The notes beneath the pieces are model-generated. The model searched no databases. It saw only the letters and a list, made by a program, of their open reading frames with translations, and was not told the origin of the DNA. From Octopus sinensis (lineage: Eukaryota), in NCBI RefSeq assembly GCF_006345805.1, contig NC_043000.1:42904001-42968000 (forward strand): a stretch of 64,000 nt of DNA. The letters are read 5' to 3'. Shown piece after piece: positions 12,093 to 23,050 of this stretch (positions within the stretch are counted from its first letter, which is position 1; the number at the start of each line of letters is the position of its first letter). Position numbers and translations under genes: made by a program.

Positions 12093-12289
12093 ACCAGCTT
12101 AGAGAAGAAGAAGAAACGAAACGAACCGAAACGAATGGAATCGAATCGACGCGAGGGCGCTCAGTCATACAATAGTGTAATAAATAAAATATATGCATAC
12201 ATACAAACATATATGTACGTACCTACATCTACATGTATATATACATGCATATATAAATATATATACGTGTGTACAGGACACCACAAATA

Positions 12290-12480
12290 GACGTAGAACT
12301 CAACGAGAAACGAAAAAGTAAAAACTGCATGGAACGGACCATTTTTTTAACAACGAGCACAAGACAACTACACAAGGAAAAATCCCCTTCATCAGCTGTC
12401 CCTAGTTCAACTCCAGCGTGTTTCGAAGGTGAGCACAGAACACGTTTCGTCGAACTAGTCCTTCCTGCGAAAGAATTAAA
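12290..12480 (-). mobile_element. Possible Penelope-like terminal-repeat remnant with permuted hammerhead core pieces
   Basis: Minus strand CCTTC-GAAACACG...CAG-CTGATGA-AGGGG. Confidence 0.3.
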
Positions 12481-12871
12481 TAAAATTCCTTTGCAGAGGG
12501 GTAAAAACAAGGAAAAAAAATGTGACAAAAACAGGACGTTAAATCAATACAATTAAAAACAACTGCAAAATAAAAATACAATTACAGAAAATACAATGCA
12601 AGAAGGAATAGAAACAGGACAGGAAAACAAATAATGAGGGCCTATAAGCCTAGACAACGAAAAAAATTTTAAGAGCGCAGGAAGAAACATGTTTACCTGA
12701 AGAAGGCCGTCAGCGAAAGGAAGTTCGTCGACCCGGCTGTGAGAGAGATGAGGAGGAGTGAGAGAGAGAGTGTGATAGAGAGGAAGGAAGCCAAAGAGGA
12801 GGAATGAAAGAGAGAAGGAGTTATAGAGTTTCGCGTCATAATTATATATAAAAGCCAGCTTAGAGAAGAAG

Positions 12872-12928
12872 AAACGAAAAGCAGACACACACACATATAC
12901 ATACAAACAGACAAGCACAGAAGTGTAA

Positions 12929-12977
<49 letters not shown>

Positions 12978-12988
12978 GATATATATAT

Positions 12989-13034
<46 letters not shown>

Positions 13035-13043
13035 GTATATATA

Positions 13044-13138
<95 letters not shown>

Positions 13139-13216
13139 GCATATATATATATATACATTTACATTTTGTGCTTGTCTGTTTGTATGTATATGTGTGTGTG
13201 TGTCTGATTTTCGTTT
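12872..13216. repeat. Inverted repeat (arms of about 65 bp) enclosing a (TA)n/(TG)n tract of about 200 bp
   Basis: AAACGAAAAGCAGACACACACACATATACATACAAACAGACAAGCACAGAAGTGTAAATG at 12872 is reverse-complemented at ~13150-13216. Confidence 0.85.
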
Positions 13217-13650
13217 TGTATTTTATTCAGGTATTCCTGTAGTTTTCTGTTAAAATATGAGTTTTAACAGTTTTCTGTTTAAAAGTGAGAATCATGTATC
13301 CAGATATTATCCAGATAGATAGATAGAGAGAGAGAAAGAGTTGAGAGAGGAGGAGAGAGAGGGAGAGAGAGGGAAGGGAAGAGAGACGGAGAGACAAATC
13401 AAAGAACGAAAGTACAAAAAGAGATAACTAAATAGGTAACGCTGTATCAGACTTTCTAATCACGATATTCGACTTAATATGTAAATGTCGTCATGAGAAT
13501 AACATTTATCTTTTTTCAAAACTGTGGAAATAATGTGTTATGTCGTAACAACTGTAGATGATTGAAATTGCTCTGAAAAGAATGAGTACATTCAAAATCT
13601 TCTGACTAAAAGTCTTGCAAACTTTGAAACGTGACATTTTTTGTTGAATA

Positions 13651-13929
13651 CCTAGATTCCATTATCCGACCTTTTTTGTTAGACGAAACATCAGCAGAAT
13701 GTCGATGATCCATTTGCAGTACTAAGAGAAGTGAGAAGTCATAACATAAACCAACAGGGTGCTGGCACACTACTAAATAATATCCTAGATTCCTAGATTC
13801 CATTATCCGACCTTTTTTGTTAGACGAAAAATCAGCAGCATGTCGATGATCCATTTGCAGTACTAAGAGAAGTGAGAAGTCATAACATAAACCAACAGGG
13901 TGCTGGCACACTAGTAAATAATATCCTAG
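13651..13929. repeat. Direct tandem duplication, 141-bp period, two copies
   Basis: CCTAGATTCCATTATCCGACC starts at 13651 and 13792; about 3 substitutions. Confidence 0.95.
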
Positions 13930-14659
13930 TCATATTTAACCATTTTCGGGCCTCGTGCCGAGAGTAGAAAAGATTATCTTAACCCTTTGTCAATCTTGAT
14001 AAAGTGTTGCAGGTATCGCCTTCCCATTTTTTCGACAAATATAGTTGCTATTTCTAGTAAACTTTGGAAGTTTTTTTTCTCTTATTATATGTTTTTAACT
14101 TCTAGACAGTTCTGAACAAATCTATGACGAAAGGTATTTCCACCTTTATCATTCCATAACGATAAATGTATTTTTCAAATAAATTATCATACATCTTGCA
14201 TGTTTTCAAGTCCATAGGATGCAATTTGAAGGAAAATTTGGCTCTTATTTCTAGCAGGTAAAAGAATCATGTGGAGAATTCCTCATTAGTTCTGCTGCCT
14301 TTGTAATGGCATGCCTTGCTTTAGTAAGTCTAATAAGCAGACTTTTTCCCAGAAGTAACAGTACCGAAGATTTGATATTAACACTGAGAGGTAACAACAA
14401 CATTCAGCAGTTTCATAACAACACCACTGCTTGCTGTTATGAATTGTTCCAGCAAATAGTTAGCACTTACCATACACAGTTATTTGCTTTGACCACGAGT
14501 TTCAAACGTAATGCTAGTCGTCAATCATTTTCATCCATACATGTAACTCCCAATAAAATTGTCGAGTGCCCTTCTTCCGTTTGTCCCCTCACTCGTATAC
14601 ACACACACACATATACATATATATGTATATCGCGCCATGCTGGACCGTTGAACACTACG

Positions 14660-14850
14660 AATTTTTACTCTCACCGTTTTCTTTTTTTTTTGTTCTCTCT
14701 TCGCTTTTGCTTCTTATGCCTTTCTGTCGAAGAGCATAGGCTCGAAACTTAAAAGACTTTTCCATTTTTCCCTAGCATTAAACTAATACATCTGCTTGTT
14801 GATCCTAAACCTGCCTTCGTCTTTTTCTTTTTTCTCTTTTAAAATTGAAT
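14660..14850 (+). mobile_element. Penelope-like terminal-repeat remnant with a degenerate minimal hammerhead (14720-14755)
   Basis: CTTT-CTGTCGA-A-GAGC(ATAG)GCTC-GAA-ACTT-A-AAAG. Confidence 0.4.
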
Positions 14851-15335
14851 CTATCTATCTACCTAACTACCTATATATATATATATACTATTAAAAAGGA
14901 TGAATTTTTTTTCTCTACAGAAAAAAATTCCATCAGGAAGTGTGGCAGTATATTAAAAGAACCTTTACGGTTAAAAATTATAAATATCTTATAAGCAAGG
15001 GCTAAAGAAGATTATTCTAAAGTCAATATACTGATATTCCACATTTAATCTACTTGCTATAGAAAGTTGAACTGAAATTCGGGCAACTAAACCTTTGGAA
15101 CACTTAAATTTCGTTATCTCAATAATGAATCAATTTCGGAATTAACCAGATAAGGATTCGTTCATCTTCAGTTGAGCTTACGAGAGAATATAAGTAAGAT
15201 ACTCACATGCGTCTATGGAAACAGCGGTGGGAAGTCAACATGTTGTCCTGAGACTAACCTAAGAATTTTTATAGCAAGTAGATTAAATGTGGAATATCAG
15301 TATATTGGCTTTAGAATAATCTTCTTTAGCCCTTG

Positions 15336-15375
<40 letters not shown>

Positions 15376-15797
15376 AGTAGTAGTGGACGCAACAGTGATA
15401 GGGTTGATAATAATCGTAACAACAGTAGCATCAACATACACTAAATAACCTGATACAAAATACCACCATTCACCACTCGAAGGATGAAATACAATTGCTG
15501 ACTATTGATGTATTCTTGGGCAGTAAGTCACTTGTTCTTTTTTTTAACCAGCAGAGTTGAAAAGGTCAGAAGTTGGGCTATTTTTAGGAATACTAGCACA
15601 ACGTGTATGAAATATTTTGGTTGGACTTGTATTTAGTTCAGATGGGATCTGAAACGCTGTTGATAGCATCCATAAGAAGTGGCAATTAACATCAAAATTC
15701 GCATTAAGATGCAAAATTTTGCAATGTGCACGAAGCCGCAGGAGAAACGTATGTAGTTGCAGAAAGACGTGACTGATTGCGGAATAAAACTGGATCT

Positions 15798-15929
15798 CTG
15801 TTCTTCTTCTACTTCTTCTTTTTCTTCTTCTTCTTTTTCTTCTTCTTCTTTTTCTTCTTCTTCTTTTTCTTCTTCTTCTTCTTCTTCTTCTTCTTCTTCT
15901 TCTTCTTCTTCTTCTTCTTCTTCTTCGTC

Positions 15930-15991
<62 letters not shown>
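15798..15991. repeat. (TTC)n followed by (TTA)n
   Basis: Read directly from sequence. Confidence 0.97.
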
Positions 15992-15992
<1 letters not shown>

Positions 15993-16240
15993 TATGTTTG
16001 ACTTTTGCTTTACGTCTGTACAAGTTGGCTCCAAGTCTCACCCAGAGACCTCAAGAGACAACAGGTTGGAAGTTCACGTTGTTATGCCTAGTGTTCCATA
16101 TATTTGGTTGTTGTTTTTTGGTGTTGTACTAGTGAATGTCTAATACATAAATTTTAAAAAATAAGTTTGTTTTTAACCTTGGGATTACATAGAGAGTATT
16201 TTGCGTAGGAGATGAGCAGTTCCCATGCGCACTATCTTTT
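15992..16240 (-). mobile_element. 3' end of R4/Dong-type LINE copy 2 (ORF C-terminus, 3' UTR, then (TAA)n)
   Basis: Minus strand KIVRMGTAHLLRKILSM* (stop at 16185-16187) is the canonical C-terminus of these ORFs (compare LLGTACILNKALSA* in copy 4); the UTR runs into AATAATAAT. Confidence 0.8.
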
Positions 16241-17062
16241 CCCCGAAAATTTTAGCCAAAAATTTTTCGAAAATGTTCACCGAAAATTTTCACCAAAAAT
16301 TTTCGAAAATTTTCACTAAAGATGTTATCCGACAATTTTCACCGAAAATTTTCCCCAAAAATTTTACCCATAAATTTTTCGAAAATTTCACCCAAAAAAT
16401 TTTCTGTGAAAATTTTCGAAAAATTTTTCCAGAAAATTTTTCCAGAAAATTTTTGTTGAAAATTTTCCAAAAATTTTTGGGAAAAAATTACGGTGAAAAT
16501 TTTCGAAAAATTTTGGGGGAAAAGTTTCGCCGAAAATTCGCGAAAAATGTTCGGCAAAAATTTTCGAAAAATTTTTTGGGGAAAATTTCCGTGAAAATTT
16601 TCGAAAAAGTTTTGGGTAAAATTTTCGGTGAATATTTTCGAAAAATTTTTGGGAAAATTTTAGGAATATTTTTGGGTAATATTTTCGGTGAAAATATTCT
16701 AAAAATTTTTGGTGAAAATTTTCGAAAAATTTTTGGTTAAAATTTTCGAAAAATTTTGGGGGAAAAGTTTCGCCGAAAATTCGCGAAAAATGTTCGGCAA
16801 AAATTTTCGAAAAATTTTTTGGGGAAAATTTCCGTGAAAATTTTCGAAAAAGTTTTGGGTAAAATTTTCGGTGAATATTTTCGAAAAATTTTTGGGAAAA
16901 TTTTAGGAATATTTTTGGGTAATATTTTCGGTGAAAATATTCTAAAAATTTTTGGTGAAAATTTTCGAAAAATTTTTGGTTAAAATTTTCGAAAAATTTT
17001 GGGGGAAAATTTCCGTGAAAGTTTTCGAAAAATTTTTGGGTAAAATTTTCGGTGAATTGTAA
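16241..17062. repeat. Quasi-palindromic A/T-tract repeat (TTTTCGAAAA-type), containing an exact 243-bp tandem duplication
   Basis: C-rich left part (CCGAAAATTTTC) mirrors G-rich right part (GAAAATTTTCGG); 16498-16740 equals 16741-16983. Confidence 0.9.
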
Positions 17063-17405
17063 AATTTGTCTCTGGCTCTGCCAGTATGTTGTTAAAGTTT
17101 TCAGCCAGCTTTTTGTGCATTCCTGTCAGATATTTCAACCCGAATTTGGGGATCTTGTCATGCCTTCCAGTTGCTTAGTCTTTGCAGTGTCTGGGTGACC
17201 TCTTCATTTGTTATGGGGGTCCAAAGTTGCTCAGATGCTAAGTTAGTTGTTTTAATACTCCTCTTCTTTGGTTGTTCATTCGCCGACCATATTTCTTTCC
17301 AGAATTCTTCCACTTCTTCTGCCGTTGGTGCTGCAGTGATTTCTATTTTATTTTTGCCAAGTTCTTGGTAGAACTTTTTGTGGTTGGAGTGGAACTGTTT
17401 GTTTT
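17063..17405 (-). mobile_element. 5' part of R4/Dong-type LINE copy 2 (pre-RT region and RT domain 0)
   Basis: NKQFHSNHKKFYQELG..PTAEEVEEFWKEIW..WTPITNEEVTQTLQRLSNWKA, then after a frameshift DKIPKFGLKYLTGMHKKLAENFNNILAEP. Confidence 0.85.
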
Positions 17406-17432
17406 TATTATAATCCTTATTAATATTATTAA

Positions 17433-17525
<93 letters not shown>

Positions 17526-17545
17526 GAGATAGATAGATAGATAAG
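17406..17545. repeat. (TTA)n plus short (GATA)n at the 5' junction of LINE copy 2
   Basis: Read directly from sequence. Confidence 0.95.
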
Positions 17546-18254
17546 TTACATGATACCACGGATGTAGATCTGGAGAGTGCAGTGAAGTAGCGCTGAACTT
17601 TCTTATCCCTTGAGAGAGCCTGGTCGAAGTTGCTCACACAGCAAGTCTCTTTTTCTATGTACCAAAATTGCTTCAATAAAAAAGCATGTTCCAATGCAAC
17701 GTGGCACTCTTGTCACCACAGAAATTTCTACAATGAGTAGTCTTAGAAATATCACTCGCTAATTTGTAATCGATTAAATCTATCCTAAAAACTGGTTGGG
17801 ACTCTGGTGTTCGGAATTTTTGTTTGTTTCTTTCTTTTTTCTGTTCGGAACGATGAAAATTGATGATGAGCTTGGTGCGATTCCAAAGAATAACGTAAAA
17901 AAATTAAAGCAAATACTGCTAAACAATTTTGTCATTACACTAACGATTCTGCTACCGACTGTCATCAGCTTATACAACCATATTAAAAGTACGGATGGCT
18001 GCAAAAGTTGTTGTCTGCCGTGATATTAAATATTAAACAGACAACATTGAAAACTGATTATTTAATGAAAGCGACAAGGATCCGTAGCTACCATGAAGAA
18101 TGTCTGAGACATAAGAAATTACTAAGCACTATACACACACAGATACACACATACACAAACACTCATGTATATATATGTTCATACGGACACAGACTTACAT
18201 GCACACATAAACACATTTGAATATAAATAATTATATGTGTGTGTATTTACATAT

Positions 18255-18510
18255 ATATTATTATTTTTAACATTATTATCATTATTATTATCATTATCAT
18301 TATTATCATTATTATCATCATCATCATCATTATTATTACTACTACTACTACTACTACTACATACACACACCTACGCGTGCACACGTACACACATTCAGAT
18401 ATGTATTATATATTTATGTATGTTTGTATGTATTTATGTATGTATGTATGTATGTATGTATGTATGCATGTGTGTATGTATGCATGTATGTATGTATGTA
18501 TGTGTACATA
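18255..18510. repeat. Compound (TTA/TCA/CTA)n, (CA)n and (TATG)n microsatellites
   Basis: Read directly from sequence. Confidence 0.9.
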
Positions 18511-20317
18511 AGTCACTACGATGTTGCTTTAGACAAATATGGTCTTTAATTCTATTTACCGAGATATTATGCATTTCATCATACAAGACTTAAGCTGATG
18601 TTTACATAGGATTTGCAATTTGAGGGAAACTTAGCTGTTATTTTTATTGTGTATCGCTATTGTTTAGATATATCTCATTCATTGGTTCATTCATAACATG
18701 CATACACTGTCAGGGTGTTATTCAGAGAGATTTAGTTGTTATTTCTAGCAGGTTGCGCTACGGCATAGTAGCCACTCTTTTGGCATATAGATAACATGTA
18801 TAACATAGATAAAAGCATATAAGTAGTAGATATTTAAACAATCAACTGAAATTTTGTAGTTCAAGATTAAGTCGTGGCTCTCGGAGAGAGTCGTGACAGA
18901 AGCTAAGTCTAAAAACTACGAAGGTTTCAATCCGTTTAAGTCACTTCATTGGCGTGTTTTCATTGTTACAGAGGGTATATAAAAAACTACAATTGAGAAA
19001 ACAAAGCTCTAGCTAGCTAATGACATCTGGTATCTTGTGTAAGCTCAGAATTGTGTCCTGGATTGTTTACGCATCATATGATGCATGTATGACTGAATGA
19101 GTTTCGGTTCCACATGTTTACAGTTTGCGTTAATGAAATAGCATCCCTCTACCTTCCGAAAACTGGAACATCTTTCAATATGCACTTATGAAATCAATTA
19201 GAAGAACTATCCAAGTGAAGATATGGGACCCTCACTGTCAATGGTGAGAAACGAGGGAGCGGGTTTCTAATCTTCTAGTTAATTATGAGTAGGATGACAA
19301 ACTGCGTTGGTGCGCTTCATACCTATCCTCTCACCCATACTATTATACATGGGTCCTCTAAATCAAAGAATGTAAGTGAAGGAATTAGATGCAACATTGG
19401 TCCCCTAACAGCTATCAACTTTAGTAATATGAGTGAATGGTAGGTGCGGAATTGATTAAAAATGCTATGTGGTTATCAGTCTCTATGAATATAAAAGATC
19501 TAGTGCTACCCGAATGCCACGGTGCTTTTTCTTCGCTGTGCAACGTTGTAGGTGAGAAACCAAATGGATTATGACAAGTGATATAGAGCAGAAAGTGTGA
19601 TACCTCTAAATGCGGCAAAAGCAGCCATTTAAGAGCTTTCTACATTGAAAAACTGGAAAGGTAAATAACAGAGAACTCAGATAGCTGTAGAATCAGATAT
19701 AACAACTGCAGATCCTGTGGCTGCTGTTCCAACAGATCCAAAAGATTAACCACTGACTTTGGTTACTCGAGGAATTCGTCTCGGCCTCAGCAGCAGTTGT
19801 CCATGATAAGAAATCCTCACACTTCGAATCAACCTGAAATATAATCCTTTGCGACCATGAAGTGCCAATATAGACGGATTTTCAATAAAAAGTCGACTCA
19901 CAAAAATATACAAAAATAACTCTTTTCATGGGACGACACAAAATTTCTCTCTGTGGGATTAAGTAACAAGATTTTGATACTAAAGCAGCGTGATCTGAAA
20001 AATAAAAATGGTAACGATGCGGAGGTTCTTTTAGGGCAGAATTTGAAGAGGGAATGCACGAAAAATATAATGTTAAAGATCACATCATTAATTTAACAGG
20101 TATTCCAAGATGAAATTGTATGATTTCTACGCTATCCAATGAACAAAATAGCCACGGTGTTTTTGGTACTCTCAGTTCTATTATGATAAATAGCATGCAG
20201 AAAGAGTCGTGGGTAGCTCTAAAACCATTTGGATGGTATTATTCGTGTAAGCGTTATTTATTCATATTTGTAATTATATCAAAACATTACGCAATATATA
20301 CTGCAGAACCAAGTATA

Positions 20318-20520
20318 CGGAGACCTGAAAAGTTCCAGGCTTAGGGTAAGAGAAAATACAGGAGGATCAGTTAATTATGATTTTATTCAACGTATTTCTC
20401 TCTCAGATTCACACACTTATTGTAGCGGTCCTTCAGTTTTTCTAAAACCTCGGAATGTTGAGCTTCCAACAAGGATTTTCACGATACCCTTAAAGCCAGG
20501 AACGTTTCAGCATGCCCTTG
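20318..20520 (-). mobile_element. Mariner-derived MITE with TA target duplication
   Basis: Imperfect TIRs CGGAGACCTGAAAAGTTCCAGGCTT / AAGCCAGGAACGTTTCAGCATGCCCTTG flanked by TA; the interior keeps the mariner C-terminus VLEKLKDRYNKCVNLREKYVE* on minus. Confidence 0.8.
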
Positions 20521-21409
20521 TATAGGTCTAAGTCTTATGAATTGGGTTATGCATTTGTGTGCATCCTTTGTTATTACAAGGATTATTCCTTTTTTCAGTA
20601 TCTACATTCAAGTAACCAATCTAAATATATCTATTTGGATTTCTCCATTTCTTTGAACGATGCTTCATTGTCTGTAAGGAGCAAAACTGCAGTTAGGAAA
20701 TATTACTTTCCTGGCAGTATATGCGGTTGGGTATCCATGATCTTGTACATGCGAATTGTCGTATTGTCGTTTTGTCATCTCTAGTCACTTTGTTATCTTT
20801 AGTCGCTTTGTCATTTCTAATTGCTTTGTCATTCTCTGAAACATTCTGGTTTATGATTGCACCTCCTTCATAATGCTGGTATTAATTACTGTGTACATGA
20901 GCCTCGCCGCTATCATGCTTGTAGATGTAATCAATATTGGCTAAGACTGAGCAGCCGGAAACCAAGTGGTTAAATGTCTCTTCCTTATCTCTATATTGTT
21001 TGCGATGACTGTATTGTGTTTTCATTACATGTTTTATTCTAAGTCATTTCTGCTGAAAATGCTATCTTTCAGTCTAAACTTTGAGCCATTCACTTTTTAG
21101 CTAGTAATGAGATTTATCCTTATTTATATTTTAAAGCTTTTTAAAAGGAATTTGCTATGTATGATGTTTTTTTATTTATTTTATGACTTTAACTATAATG
21201 TGGTTATTTGCTTCAATTTCTTACTATTATTTACATGATAATTTTGTAGTTCCTCAAAAGCAATGAATATCTTGCAATTGGCTTCTAGTTGCGTAACACA
21301 CTCTACCTGTCTACATTATTGGAATGTAAAATCTGTTTATGTCAGATATTGAGTGGTGTGCACTAAGAGTAGTTATTAAATTTGGCATTATTGGTTTTCT
21401 CTCTCTAGA

Positions 21410-21434
21410 CTTCTTCTTCTTCTTCTTCTTCTTC

Positions 21435-21508
<74 letters not shown>
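21410..21508. repeat. (TTC)n(TTA)n
   Basis: Read directly from sequence. Confidence 0.97.
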
Positions 21509-22054
21509 GAGTGAGAGAGCAGTTCGTGCCATCAAAGTGACACTGGGGTAAAATATACGAAGCCCAATATACCCATCATGACTACCCGTCTGATAAGGGT
21601 ACACCAGGCACATGCATCACAACCATATGTGCGCGACATTGTGATCTCATATCAAGATAAACAGCACATGACCTTGCAGGTGGGGCCCAGTTAGAATTTT
21701 CTTCAGGTCGAGTAGCTCATCCTGCTCAAAAGGTCCCTGAATAAGGGTTGCTTTAGGATGTTAAACGAAACACCCATGTTTCCAGAGGTGAATTATTCAA
21801 ACTCCAAAGAATCCCTCTCAACACATGGCTACGATGCTCCCCCACTACTTCTGCTCGTGATCAGAGATGCACGTATTGTCAGCCACTAAGGGACATGCTC
21901 AACTGGTTATGGTCAAACAACTGACAAGCAAATCTGTGGTATTGAGCAGAATATTTGCTGTAGCCCATCTTTTATACCAAGACAAAACAATGTACATAAC
22001 ACTTCCAATCAGTTAAGATCAGAAGCCATGAGAGCCACTGCCTGGTACTGCATC
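21509..22054. mobile_element. 546-bp non-coding interspersed element sitting inside a (TTA)n tract
   Basis: Complex sequence of higher GC with no ORF or TIR, bounded sharply by pure (TTA)n on both sides; resembles a repeat I recognise from Octopus assemblies (not verifiable here). Confidence 0.6.

Positions 22055-22130
<76 letters not shown>
22055..22130. repeat. (TTA)n
   Basis: Read directly from sequence. Confidence 0.97.
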
Positions 22131-22133
22131 GCT

Positions 22134-23050
22134 AAGGCGGCGAGCTGGCTAAACCGTTAGCACGCCGGGCAAAATGCTTAGCTGCATTTCGTCTGTCCTT
22201 ACGTTCTGAGTTCAAATTCCGTCGAGGTTGACTTTGCCTTTCATCCTTTCGGGGTCGATGAAATAGCTACCAGTTACGCACTGGGTCGATGTAGTCAACT
22301 GGCCCCTTCCCCCAAAATTTCAGGCCTTGTGCCCATAGAAAGGATTATTATTATTGTTGCTGTTGCTGTTGCTGCTGCTGCTGCTGCTGCTGCTGTTGCT
22401 GTTCTTGTTATAAAGACGGCGAGCTGACAGAATCGTTAGCGCGTCGGCAAAATGCGTAGCGGCATATCTTCCGACTTTACGTTTTGAGTTCAAATTCCGC
22501 CAGCGTCGACTTTCCACTTCATCCTTTCGGGTGATAAAATTAGTACCAGCTGAAAGTTGGGGTTGATGTAATCGACTTTCCCCTTCCCCCTGATCGCTGG
22601 CCTTCTGCCAAAATTTGGAACATATATTAAGGCGGTGCACTAGCAAAATATTTAGCATGTCAGGCAAAATGCCTAGTGGCGTTAATTCAGTTTTTCCGTC
22701 CCGAGTTAAAATTCCGCCGAGGTCGACTTTACCTTTTATTCTTTGAGGGTCGGTTAAAGAAATGTTATTTGAACGCTGGGGTCTATGTAATCGGCTAGCG
22801 ATCTCCTGAAAACTTTCAGGCCTTATGTTTATATTATAAAACATTATTATTGTTGTTGATATTATTGTTCTTACTGGGCTGGTAGAAGTGTTAGGGGGTT
22901 GGGGAAAATGTTTTGTGGTACTTATTCTGGGTCTTTACATCCCGAATTCAAATCACGCGGAGGTCCACCCTGCTCGACTGAGACAATCGTCAACAGCCGA
23001 AGGTGGCTCGCTCAGAAAAGGGCAATTAGAAAAGAGTCAATAAGGTTTAA
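22134..23050 (+). mobile_element. Head-to-tail array of 3-4 tRNA-derived SINE family B copies (22134-22348, 22412-22627, 22629-22850, degenerate ~22870-23050)
   Basis: Each begins AAGGCGGCGAGCTGGCAGAA-like (A box), has GAGTTCAAATTCC (B box) and the core GAGGTCGACTTTGCCTTTCATCCTTTCGGGGTCGAT; most end in ATTATT. Confidence 0.85.

Noticed and set aside
14306-14752. 148-aa plus-strand ORF
   Set aside because: No recognisable domain; it runs through a CA/TA microsatellite and a repeat remnant.
16241-17062. CRISPR-like array, or the 171-aa K/F/I-rich ORF as a protein
   Set aside because: No constant repeat with unique spacers, and the context is eukaryotic; the ORF reflects A/T-tract composition only.
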